A DNA stretch of 64,000 bases from a virus (taxonomy: Duplodnaviria > Heunggongvirae > Uroviricota > Caudoviricetes): positions 123,136 to 187,135 of the IMG/VR virus record IMGVR_UViG_3300037455_000543. One strand, 5' to 3'. Of the stretch, positions 8,482 through 17,753 are shown piece by piece. Each line of letters opens with the position of its first letter. Within the stretch, counting starts at the first letter, position 1. Made by a program: the position numbers and the translations under genes. Below the pieces are notes generated by a model that was not told the DNA's origin, made no database searches, and was given only the letters and a program-made list of their open reading frames with translations.

Positions 8482-8769
8482 ATGCAAATTGTAGAAGCTG
8501 AATTAAGACATACTGAAGACTCAAAACCTACCAAGCAGGTCGTCCAGAATAGTCATTCTGACTCCATAAACACGTTCTGGAGGGTTTTTCCGCGATGGGA
8601 TATAAAAACGGATATCTTTGATGAAAAGGTCGATAAAACGCGAATAATCGAGAAATTGGGAGAGAACTTAATCTGTCAATCTACCTTTTCCGGGAAACAT
8701 CATATTACATATTGGAAATACTATAAAACCAAAGAAGAATATGATAAGGATAATATTCAAAATATTTAA
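8482..8769 (+). CDS. hypothetical protein (95 aa)
   Basis: ORF. Confidence 0.45.
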   Translation: MQIVEAELRHTEDSKPTKQVVQNSHSDSINTFWRVFPRWDIKTDIFDEKVDKTRIIEKLGENLICQSTFSGKHHITYWKYYKTKEEYDKDNIQNI

Positions 8770-8797
8770 ACATATTCCCTTTTTCGCAAAAAATTAC

Positions 8798-8805
8798 TAT
8801 ATTTA
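8798..8805 (+). promoter_or_regulatory. Bacteroidetes-type -7 promoter box TATATTTA (TAnnTTTG class)
   Basis: The 19-mer AAAAATTACTATATTTAAT occurs identically at 44201-44219. The ATG lies 5 nt downstream. Confidence 0.4.
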
Positions 8806-8810
8806 ATTTT

Positions 8811-9254
8811 ATGAAAGTTATAAGCTGTGGTGTAATTATTATTGATAAAGAAACACGCAAGATTCTTGCGTGCCATCCGTCATGTCATTCTTATAAACCT
8901 GGAAACTGGGATATTCCGAAAGGCCATGTCGAAAAGGGTGAAACCCATGTGCAGACAGCATTAAGAGAACTGAAGGAAGAAGCTAATATTACCTTGACGC
9001 CTGAAGACCTCTATGACTGCGGATTGTTCCTGTATACCAAATATAAGGATTTGCATCTTTATGTTGCTGAAACAGAAGTCTTTATGCCAATGCTTAGCTG
9101 TTCGACCTACTTTGATTTCGAAGGTAGAAGACCTCTCGAAGTAGATGACTATAGATTGATTGACGACACTAATACTGATATGTATTATAAGAGCCTCAGG
9201 CCATTGGTTACTGACTGTCTCAAAAGATACAAAGAAGAAAAAGGACTTGCATGA
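8811..9254 (+). CDS. NUDIX hydrolase
   Basis: Nudix box GHVEKGETHVQTALRELKEEANI. Confidence 0.7.
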   Translation: MKVISCGVIIIDKETRKILACHPSCHSYKPGNWDIPKGHVEKGETHVQTALRELKEEANITLTPEDLYDCGLFLYTKYKDLHLYVAETEVFMPMLSCSTYFDFEGRRPLEVDDYRLIDDTNTDMYYKSLRPLVTDCLKRYKEEKGLA

Positions 9255-9703
9255 AACTAGAAGACTATGAAGAACTAAAAATCAGGGCTGATAAAGAACT
9301 TAAAATGCCCGATACTATTGAAGAAATTATTAAGCGTAGAAATACCCTTCCAGCAGACGAACAGAAATATACGAAACTTTTAGCAACACAAACTCAGCTC
9401 TGTGCCGACCTAGAAGTAGATCTTGCTGAACTTTATGGTAAGCTATATAAGTGTTATAAGTTTCCCAGAATGAACAAAGAACTTATACAGAAATATGGAT
9501 TAACAATTAATGAAATTTGGGACACTTCTAAAGGCATTGAAAGTCAGATAGACTGCGTTCCAGAATATATTAAACTGAAAAAAGAATTGAATATCCAGAA
9601 AGCAATTAAAGAATTCGTTCAAGATACAAGAAAGAGTATTATTGATTTAGGTTTCGCAATCAAAGATTACCTAGATTATAAACGCGGATTAATGTCCACT
9701 TAA
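9251..9703 (+). CDS. hypothetical protein (150 aa)
   Basis: ORF with an ATGA overlap. Confidence 0.5.
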   Translation: MKLEDYEELKIRADKELKMPDTIEEIIKRRNTLPADEQKYTKLLATQTQLCADLEVDLAELYGKLYKCYKFPRMNKELIQKYGLTINEIWDTSKGIESQIDCVPEYIKLKKELNIQKAIKEFVQDTRKSIIDLGFAIKDYLDYKRGLMST

Positions 9704-9706
9704 AAA

Positions 9707-9736
9707 GAAAACCGGTTATTAAAACCGGTTTTTATT
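9707..9736. terminator. bidirectional terminator between convergent genes
   Basis: GAAAACCGG-TTATTAA-AACCGGTTTT flanked by A and T runs. Confidence 0.5.
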
Positions 9737-9737
9737 T

Positions 9738-12341
9738 TTATGTTACGCCAAATAATGGTCTCCACATCATCTGTGCCCTTGATGGACCATGTTCATATGC
9801 AGGAGTAGGATCATTTATTATATCTTGATATGAACTTACACCACTCTTAACACCTGTACACCCCATAAATGCACTTGCATATCTTGCAGTATTATCATAG
9901 AAATGTGAAGCAACATAATCTAATATCGGACCAATATCAGAAGTTATTGCAGTACAGCCGGCAAACATTCCAGACATGTAGCTAATATCTGTTGCTGATA
10001 AATCTGTTTGTATATCTGTTATTTTAGAACAACCAGAAAACATACAAGTTGCATATTGTAACATAGGAGCAAAAGATTCCCATTTTGTAGGTGGAATCAT
10101 CTTGTCATAATAATTTCCTGTTATACTCTTACAACCCGCAAACATTTCGTTTGCCGCAGTCAAATTTGATAAAGTACCTTTAGGAAATGTTGTTACCTTA
10201 TTACAATTTTTAAACATGGCTGGTCCATATTCAAAACGGGTTAAACCATAAAAATTTGGTAATTCAGTTAATGAAATACAATTTTGGAACATCGATGGTG
10301 CACCTGTAAGTCTGCCCATATTATTAAAACTATCAGGTACTTCTTTTAATGCTGTTGCACCATTAAATAAACTTGGTAATTGTGTTATATTTATACACCA
10401 ACCAAAATTAGCTTTTATTGCTGTTAACGCTGTCAATGGTTCACTACCATTCACATACATTCCAGTAATATTCTTGACCGATTCACCAAGTTGTGTTATT
10501 TCTGTAATATTACTATTAAAATAAACTGGCGTTCCTGTTAAAATATTTGTCGGTAATTGTAATGCCAAATATGAATATTTTTCTGTACTACCATGATTTT
10601 TGTCAAAACCGTCTGAACCATAATATATAGAATTTGCTGGTTTTGTTATAATATATCGTGAATTTGTTTCTACTTCAGGGTCAAATGAATTTATATAATT
10701 TATTGAATCCAATACAGTAGGTATATCATAAGAATTTTCTTCATTTATTTCGAACGTTTTATGTCTCTTACCATATGTATCATATATGTAAGTATAACCG
10801 TCAAATTCCATAAAAAACGGTCCAATTGGCACATAAGTACGTTCTAATTTACCAGAATTATTATTGTTATCCCAGCAAGTATAAATTTTACCTAATTTAT
10901 CATCGAAGAATGCATAAGTTGTATCATTTATTTTTTTGAAATGTGTATCGTCAAATTTATATGCTTTACATTCCCAGTTATATTCATAATGTCTAGGATT
11001 AACACCGACAGTCCTATATTGAGATACTCCTTTCAATCCGATAACAAAATATTTATCAACATTTGTATTATAGTATTGACTTAAATTATTGCCAGAGAAT
11101 AGTAATGCGCCACCATAGTAGTCTGGTATATTATTTTTAGATATCATTGTATAGCCTTGACCACTTACAATAGGCGTAACTGTACTTTGTGCAGTCGGAT
11201 TCATTAAATACTTATTTGCTACTCCGATTGGATAAAATGAAATATTATAACTATAGCCGCCGCCACCGCCAACATCACCAACATAGCATTCTACATTTGT
11301 CCAGTGATAATCACTTACATTATATGAACTAACAGAGTTTTCAACTTTTTTGTATTCAACATCTGCGGTTACTGTTGCTGTCGCATCACCAATATATAGT
11401 TTTCGTAATATACCCGTTACATTAGTTCCGGTATTATTAAATACGAAAAATAAATCATCTCCTGTCAATGTGAGTGGCACATCGCTTAGATCAATATTAC
11501 TTAGTCTTGCAGTAAAGCCAGATGTAAATACTTGTTCAGTCGTATCAAAATGAAGTATACGTTCATCATCATAAAATTCTGGTATTGTAAATTTTTTATC
11601 TAATACATATTGAGTAGAATGTGTTCTTGCAGGATGGTACCTAAAGTCTTCACTTGCATATACCCGGCCAGTAATTGAATATAAATCAGCGTTACCTGAA
11701 AATTTTTCATTATATGCTGTAGCATAGACTTGACCTGTAACCCCTGCAGGACTTTGACCAACCAATCTCCATGTACTGGCATCTACAATAATACTAATAT
11801 CATTATTATTTGCAGAACCCCAAGCATGTCCTATAGCCCATGTGTTATCAGTAAATTGGCAATAATTATAAATACTTTCATTATAAAAATCTGTTTCTAC
11901 ATTCGGAATCGTACTTTCATTTACAACAACTCTATGTGCTGTTGCTGTTGAAAGATAATTAGCAGATTCATTATTTGGAAATTCAGAAAATTCACACCAA
12001 TTTTCTAGGCGGTTAAATTCTTTAAACCAAGCATCACCTGTTAATACACTTTTTAAATCTATAGTTGGACCCCAGCCATTACCGCCACCATCACCGCCTT
12101 GCGAATAACCAGACCGTGCTTGATTTATTCCTATAAAACCTTGAGTATCTTCGTCATATGTTTGATGCTCACCAATAACCAATGCATTAGTACCAGGAAA
12201 AAATACTTTTTCTGTAGTTAACATTGGCTGTAATGACATCGTTGCATTGCCATCAAAACCTTTAGAACTACCGAACATTGCAAATGCGGTAGTTAATGGT
12301 ATTAACTGGGCTGAATTACTGTTATCTTTTTTTATTAACAT
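9738..12341 (-). CDS. tail fibre / receptor-binding protein with C-terminal BspA-type leucine-rich repeats
   Basis: 867 aa. The C-terminal 200 aa carry repeated MF..C..iT... LRR_5-like units (MFQNCISLTELP, MFKNCNKVTTFP, MFAGCKSITG, MFSGCSKITD, MFAGCTAITS). Confidence 0.55.
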   Translation of the reverse strand: MLIKKDNSNSAQLIPLTTAFAMFGSSKGFDGNATMSLQPMLTTEKVFFPGTNALVIGEHQTYDEDTQGFIGINQARSGYSQGGDGGGNGWGPTIDLKSVLTGDAWFKEFNRLENWCEFSEFPNNESANYLSTATAHRVVVNESTIPNVETDFYNESIYNYCQFTDNTWAIGHAWGSANNNDISIIVDASTWRLVGQSPAGVTGQVYATAYNEKFSGNADLYSITGRVYASEDFRYHPARTHSTQYVLDKKFTIPEFYDDERILHFDTTEQVFTSGFTARLSNIDLSDVPLTLTGDDLFFVFNNTGTNVTGILRKLYIGDATATVTADVEYKKVENSVSSYNVSDYHWTNVECYVGDVGGGGGYSYNISFYPIGVANKYLMNPTAQSTVTPIVSGQGYTMISKNNIPDYYGGALLFSGNNLSQYYNTNVDKYFVIGLKGVSQYRTVGVNPRHYEYNWECKAYKFDDTHFKKINDTTYAFFDDKLGKIYTCWDNNNNSGKLERTYVPIGPFFMEFDGYTYIYDTYGKRHKTFEINEENSYDIPTVLDSINYINSFDPEVETNSRYIITKPANSIYYGSDGFDKNHGSTEKYSYLALQLPTNILTGTPVYFNSNITEITQLGESVKNITGMYVNGSEPLTALTAIKANFGWCINITQLPSLFNGATALKEVPDSFNNMGRLTGAPSMFQNCISLTELPNFYGLTRFEYGPAMFKNCNKVTTFPKGTLSNLTAANEMFAGCKSITGNYYDKMIPPTKWESFAPMLQYATCMFSGCSKITDIQTDLSATDISYMSGMFAGCTAITSDIGPILDYVASHFYDNTARYASAFMGCTGVKSGVSSYQDIINDPTPAYEHGPSRAQMMWRPLFGVT

Positions 12342-12348
12342 AAACTAT

Positions 12349-15306
12349 TTACACTAAATAAATCACACCTGGTTGCATATTTGCTAGAGTCAAATTCTCA
12401 GCAGACATTATTGTTAATTTCTGATTATCACCTGCGCTTACATAATTACCAATATTAAGATCAGCTACTTTCATATATATCTTTTGCTTTATGTTTGCAG
12501 GGTCAACTATTGGTATTAATGTAGCTGGGACAGGCAAGCCGGTTAATGATGTATCTTCTGGCCATAATGCAAAAGATGCAGTCGACCCATTAGATGCAGT
12601 TACATTTAAACTTATATAATCAGTATTTTGAGTTGTCCTATAATTATTAATATTCAAGGAAGATATATTAAAGTATTGTACAGAAGGATGGCCACCTGGA
12701 CCATACATCATTGCATATGTAAGTGTGCCATCAGGAATACCTGCTTCAGCTGAAATAGTTAATGTATTGCCATTCTTGTTAAACCCGATAGCAGAACCGG
12801 CAGACAATGTAAATCCTGTATAACTAAATGTTGTATTAAAGTTATTCGGGTTTCCCTTTGCAGCAAATGTCTGTGATTTTGGCATAAATGTTGTGCCATT
12901 AGCTACAATCCATGCTGAAGCGGCAGCACCACTCTTTGCGGATCCAATTATTCCATCTATTGGATTTCCATTTATATAGAAATTCTTTGCACTTATATCG
13001 CCTTTAGCAGATACATCGCCGTTTCGATTAATCAAGAATAAATCGCTTCTATTATCATCACTTGTACCATTACCTATAACAAATGGAATATTATCAGATT
13101 TATTATAAGTACCTATGGCCATACCAGAATGCAGCATTTTTGTTCCAAGACCAAATGATTGAGAATAGTCATCTGCTGTAGTTGCATTACCTTGTGCAAT
13201 AGAATAATACTGTGCTGATGTATTTGTACCCTGTGAAATCGAATAATTATCTGCAACTGTTCTTAGGCCCTGAGAAATTGAATAATAATTACTCTTTACT
13301 GTATTACCTTGTGCAAATGCAGCAGTTGTTGCTGTTACATCATAGCCTTGTGCAAAAGAATTATCATTAGCATTAGCATTAAGACCTTGTGCCATACCAC
13401 GATCTTTTGCACTGGCTTGCTCACCTTGTGCAAAAGATGTTTGATATGCAATGACGCCATTATGTCCTTGCGCCATCGACATATTTGTCGCACTTGCCAT
13501 ATGGCCTTGCACAAAAGAATAACCATCTGCTATAACATCATTACCTTGCGCAAATGATACTGATTTAGCAGATGCTACTTCGCCTTCAGCAAAACTTACA
13601 TAATTTGCATATACCTTTTGACCTTGCGCCATTGAATAGTCATTGGCTGATGCATATTGACCTTGCGCCAGTGCAATATTATTTGCTTTACATTTATCAC
13701 CTTGCGCAAAACCAGTAGTAGTTGCTGTAATATTATAACCTTGTGCAAATGATTGATTGCTTGCTTGTATATTATAACCTTGTGCAAAACCTTCCATATC
13801 TGCACTAGTATTTCGGCCTTGAGCAAAAGAATCATAATATGCAGATGTGTCACGACCTTGTGCGAATGCTATTGTCTTTGCTGATACATAATCACCTTGT
13901 GCAAAAGAATCATCATATGCATATACAGTATAACCTTGTGCAAAAGAATTATGATGTGCACTAACATTACAACCTTGTGCAATAGAACGCTCATTTGCTG
14001 AAATATATTCACCTTGTGCAATAGCATCATCATAAGCTGTTATATTGCTACCTTGTGCAAATGCCTTAGTCTTTGCAGAACAGTTAGCGCCTTGTGCAAA
14101 ACCATAAATATCTGCATTATTTTCTGAACCTTGTGCAAAAGATTTACTTTTAGCTGTAACTTCTATACCTTGAGCTAAACTTTCTTCATTTGCAAAAGCT
14201 GATAAACCTTGTGCAAAAGCATCATAATATGCCGAATTATCTTTACCCTGGGCAAAAGATTGTGTAAGCGCACTATTACTTGTACCCTGTGCAAAACTAC
14301 TATTATATGCATAATTAGTTGAACCTTGTGCAAAAGAAGCAACAAGTGTTGCACTATTATTAGAACCTGCAGCAAAACCATTACTATCTGCACTATTGTT
14401 ATTGCCTAATGCCTGGCTTTGACTTTTTGCATAGTTGTCTGCACCTGCAGCTATTGATTGACTATAAGCATAATTTCTTTTACCCTGTGCAAATGAATCA
14501 TAACTTGCACTATTAGCCGAACCTTGTGCTAAACTATAATTAGAAACCGTATGGTTAACTCTCGGTCCAGATATAGAACCTTCATTGATACCGGAAATAC
14601 TACTTAATGCGTTATAGACTTGGGAGGCAGAACTAATAAAATCATCAGTTATACCAATAGTGCCAGTATTACCAGCTGTAGTCATCTGAATAAATCTATT
14701 AAGATCTGTATTAATAGTATAATCTCTTTCAGGTGCTGTATTTTCAAATGTTATAGAATTTTCTGTTAAATCTATATCTTTATAATATGGTTCCAAATCA
14801 CCGACATATTCCCAGCCAGATGGACCGTCATTGACAGCAGATAACCATCTATAATAAGTTTGCTGATTAGATGGGCTAACTTCTGATTCTACATATACAT
14901 TATTTTCTGTATCATATATCCAAACTGGTATATCAGTTCCAACGTCATTTAAAATCTTAATAACATCTCTGTCCGAAATGTCTACACCCGAAACAAGCTC
15001 TGCAGAACGTGCTATAAATGCGTCATGACTACCAACTACATCAATAACATCTGCACGGGCATTAATTATTCTAATTTCTTCATTAAGATAGCCAGAAAAT
15101 GCAGAACATTCATCATATGTCTGATTAAGGGATTTAAGAAGATACTGGTCCCTACCAGAAAACGGTAAAAGCATTTCTCTGTTAAGCCACTTACCATCAG
15201 CGACAGTTGATCTAGACCATGGCATAATATTGCCATCTACATCACTAAACTTACCTGCTGAATATCCTTCATTATTAGCTGAAATCCAAGAATATTGTTC
15301 TGCCAT
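12349..15306 (-). CDS. tail fibre protein with about 35 tandem 13-aa YadA-head-like (Hep_Hag-like) repeats
   Basis: 985 aa. The consensus SFAQGxxxSAxxx repeats without interruption. A TATAAATA box and AAGAGG RBS lie upstream (15325-15332). Confidence 0.6.
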   Translation of the reverse strand: MAEQYSWISANNEGYSAGKFSDVDGNIMPWSRSTVADGKWLNREMLLPFSGRDQYLLKSLNQTYDECSAFSGYLNEEIRIINARADVIDVVGSHDAFIARSAELVSGVDISDRDVIKILNDVGTDIPVWIYDTENNVYVESEVSPSNQQTYYRWLSAVNDGPSGWEYVGDLEPYYKDIDLTENSITFENTAPERDYTINTDLNRFIQMTTAGNTGTIGITDDFISSASQVYNALSSISGINEGSISGPRVNHTVSNYSLAQGSANSASYDSFAQGKRNYAYSQSIAAGADNYAKSQSQALGNNNSADSNGFAAGSNNSATLVASFAQGSTNYAYNSSFAQGTSNSALTQSFAQGKDNSAYYDAFAQGLSAFANEESLAQGIEVTAKSKSFAQGSENNADIYGFAQGANCSAKTKAFAQGSNITAYDDAIAQGEYISANERSIAQGCNVSAHHNSFAQGYTVYAYDDSFAQGDYVSAKTIAFAQGRDTSAYYDSFAQGRNTSADMEGFAQGYNIQASNQSFAQGYNITATTTGFAQGDKCKANNIALAQGQYASANDYSMAQGQKVYANYVSFAEGEVASAKSVSFAQGNDVIADGYSFVQGHMASATNMSMAQGHNGVIAYQTSFAQGEQASAKDRGMAQGLNANANDNSFAQGYDVTATTAAFAQGNTVKSNYYSISQGLRTVADNYSISQGTNTSAQYYSIAQGNATTADDYSQSFGLGTKMLHSGMAIGTYNKSDNIPFVIGNGTSDDNRSDLFLINRNGDVSAKGDISAKNFYINGNPIDGIIGSAKSGAAASAWIVANGTTFMPKSQTFAAKGNPNNFNTTFSYTGFTLSAGSAIGFNKNGNTLTISAEAGIPDGTLTYAMMYGPGGHPSVQYFNISSLNINNYRTTQNTDYISLNVTASNGSTASFALWPEDTSLTGLPVPATLIPIVDPANIKQKIYMKVADLNIGNYVSAGDNQKLTIMSAENLTLANMQPGVIYLV
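13116..14500 (-). repeat. tandem 39-nt (13-codon) repeats inside the fibre gene
   Basis: The DNA motif CCTTGTGCAAAAGA/CCTTGCGCAAA recurs every 39 nt. Confidence 0.6.
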
Positions 15307-15324
15307 ATTATAAAAACCTCTTAT

Positions 15325-15332
15325 TATTTATA
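15325..15332 (-). promoter_or_regulatory. T4-late-like promoter box TATAAATA (minus strand)
   Basis: 22 nt upstream of the ATG at 15306, with an AAGAGG RBS. A terminator hairpin for the upstream gene lies at about 15340-15370. Confidence 0.4.
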
Positions 15333-15396
15333 ACATAAGCGGCATACAAAAAATACCAGATATACTGGTATTTTTGACTAATACTGATATATAATA

Positions 15397-16044
15397 TTAT
15401 TCCTGTGCTTCTGCCGTATAGAAAAATTCTTCTGGCGTTGCATATTCAATAGCATCTGCAGCATCCATCATGGCAATATATTTAGCCATACGTTCTTCTG
15501 TTAAGAACGGGTCCGTTTCCATTGACTGAAGAACCTGCTTAGCTTCGCGGAAAGAACCGGTCTGGACAAGCGAGATTACTGGTGCGAGTTTTACACCAAT
15601 TTCAAGAGGTGTAATTCCCTTAAAATCAGTCTTTACACATTCCTCACGGAATAATGCTATGAACTCATCACCAACTGTCATATTATAATCAATTTCTCCA
15701 GCCAATCCGTCAATAGCAGAAATTCTTGAAGTGTTTGAATTATATTCAGTCGTGAAACGATAAAAGTCAACCACCTTGCCCATAAAGTCCTTTACTTCAT
15801 GTTCATTGAAGTTTTCAAGAACAGCTGGTGCTTCTTTTGTCCAGAAATCTTTATTGTTGTAGACGCATTCACCGTCAACATAAACTACTCGTGAAATGTA
15901 TTTCATATCTATATCCTGTAAAATGTAAAAGTCCTCTTCCTCTTCGCCTAACTCCTGCATGCGAGCTTTTATTAGAGCCAAGCTTGCAGCAGTATGTGCT
16001 ACTTTTTCTGTTTGTTTATTAACTGCGTAAAACTGATTCATCAT
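15397..16044 (-). CDS. hypothetical protein (215 aa)
   Basis: ORF in the structural operon. Confidence 0.5.
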   Translation of the reverse strand: MMNQFYAVNKQTEKVAHTAASLALIKARMQELGEEEEDFYILQDIDMKYISRVVYVDGECVYNNKDFWTKEAPAVLENFNEHEVKDFMGKVVDFYRFTTEYNSNTSRISAIDGLAGEIDYNMTVGDEFIALFREECVKTDFKGITPLEIGVKLAPVISLVQTGSFREAKQVLQSMETDPFLTEERMAKYIAMMDAADAIEYATPEEFFYTAEAQE

Positions 16045-17744
16045 TAAACCTCTTTTCCATTTATTCTTAAATAATACTTACGACCACTTGAAACAGTAGC
16101 ATCTTTAACTTCTGTATTACATGATACTTGTTGGTCTTCTTGAACTAATGTTGTTAATGAAATTTGTTCTATCGTTGATTCCAATGTTGTAAAATCTAAA
16201 TAATTTTTCATATCATCACTACCATAAGCATTAATGTAATTGAATTGACCATTTTCATAAACATATATTGAAGTTGCATGATTATAATCACCCCATATAT
16301 TATATCCACCTTCTATATAGTAAAAATGTTTATCAACACCAGTCGGTAGATAATTTAATGGAGTTAAAGTTAAAGTGCTATCAACAATATATCCAGATTT
16401 TAAGTTAACTAACTGATTAACATAATTAGTCCAAACATGGTCTGGTGCACTAGTTAAAACTTTATGCGTTGTATCATTACCTAATGCTATTAAGAGTTGT
16501 GCATTTTGATTTGCTGGACTACCGGCTGCGATGTCAATAGTTCCGTTACTAGTAGTTGCTTTGGTTTTTTTCCAAATTCTATTAATGACATTAGAACTAT
16601 AGTTATGTCTTATAAAAATTTGTTGATTAGCATAAGACCATATATCGGCATCAGATGTAGTAATTGATGGATTCGTTATTTTTTCAGTTAGTTTCTTTCC
16701 TAAATGGTCATCACGAATTAAATCTGTTGAATTAACTGTAAGATTATTACCATTCCACAAAAATAATTCATCTGTATCAAGTTTAAGAATAGATTGTAAA
16801 TCTGTTTCTGTAATAGAACTTCCAACAGAAGGTAAAAATGCTTTTATATTCTTTACATTTGAATAAGGATGCACTGATGTTGCATCCGCATTATCATAAA
16901 CATTTGCTTTATAATTACCTTCTTCATTCGCAAAATATGCTGGTTTAAATACTATATTACCAGTACTCCATTTATTTGTATCTTTATCTTGGAAAATTAT
17001 ATAGTACTTTTCATCTTTATATAAAGTAGTTCCAACGTTATTTAATGTTCTGGCTCTACCTTCTAATGAATATCTGGTTTCTATACTATCTTGTCCATTT
17101 CCATTAAACGAAGCAACATACAATCCGCTTTCATGAATTATGTGAATTCTACTTGTTGTATAACTTGTAGTTTCATGAGAAAAAATTTCTATTGAATTTA
17201 CAGTTATATCATCTTCTGGCACATATTCAATAGCAACACATATATCACCGGCAGTAAGCTGACCAATATAGATATGTTCTGGTACTGATATAGAACCTGT
17301 ACCTGGAAAATAACCACCTGCTTTAGATGTAATTTGTGCTAAATCTACACGATAATCACCACGGGGTTTCTGAGATAAGTCAATAGTTTTAGTGTTCACA
17401 GTAAACGGTCTAACTCTTTCACCCTTTCCATCATATATCCAAGTAGTAATTTGTGATAGACTACTTGTCACGTCTTCACCGTTCTTTGTGATGGTAACTA
17501 TCCAAGCAGTCTTATCCTGAGATAATGTAACTGTAGCAGTACAAGTATCATCATAAGGAACATCATTACTTAATTGCCAAATAAGTTTTCTATCGTTTAC
17601 ATTATTTGTAGGCGACCAATAAACGGCTGTAATGGTGTGTGCTACACCATTTGCATCACACCAAGTTATACCTCTAGTTTTTGAAGCTCTATAATTTGGA
17701 TCTGATGGATGGGTTGGAATAATATGTGTCAATTCACCTGCCAT
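16044..17744 (-). CDS. virion structural protein (566 aa), putative tail component
   Basis: Large ORF in the fibre operon with no recognisable motif. Confidence 0.4.
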   Translation of the reverse strand: MAGELTHIIPTHPSDPNYRASKTRGITWCDANGVAHTITAVYWSPTNNVNDRKLIWQLSNDVPYDDTCTATVTLSQDKTAWIVTITKNGEDVTSSLSQITTWIYDGKGERVRPFTVNTKTIDLSQKPRGDYRVDLAQITSKAGGYFPGTGSISVPEHIYIGQLTAGDICVAIEYVPEDDITVNSIEIFSHETTSYTTSRIHIIHESGLYVASFNGNGQDSIETRYSLEGRARTLNNVGTTLYKDEKYYIIFQDKDTNKWSTGNIVFKPAYFANEEGNYKANVYDNADATSVHPYSNVKNIKAFLPSVGSSITETDLQSILKLDTDELFLWNGNNLTVNSTDLIRDDHLGKKLTEKITNPSITTSDADIWSYANQQIFIRHNYSSNVINRIWKKTKATTSNGTIDIAAGSPANQNAQLLIALGNDTTHKVLTSAPDHVWTNYVNQLVNLKSGYIVDSTLTLTPLNYLPTGVDKHFYYIEGGYNIWGDYNHATSIYVYENGQFNYINAYGSDDMKNYLDFTTLESTIEQISLTTLVQEDQQVSCNTEVKDATVSSGRKYYLRINGKEV

Positions 17745-17753
17745 AATACCTCA

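Noticed and set aside
11350-14393. Short ORFs on both strands inside the fibre genes (11350, 11600, 11730, 13309, 13335, 13596, 14175)
   Set aside because: They are overlapped entirely by long fibre ORFs carrying clear repeat structure. Their Cys/His/Leu-rich composition is typical of wrong-frame translation.
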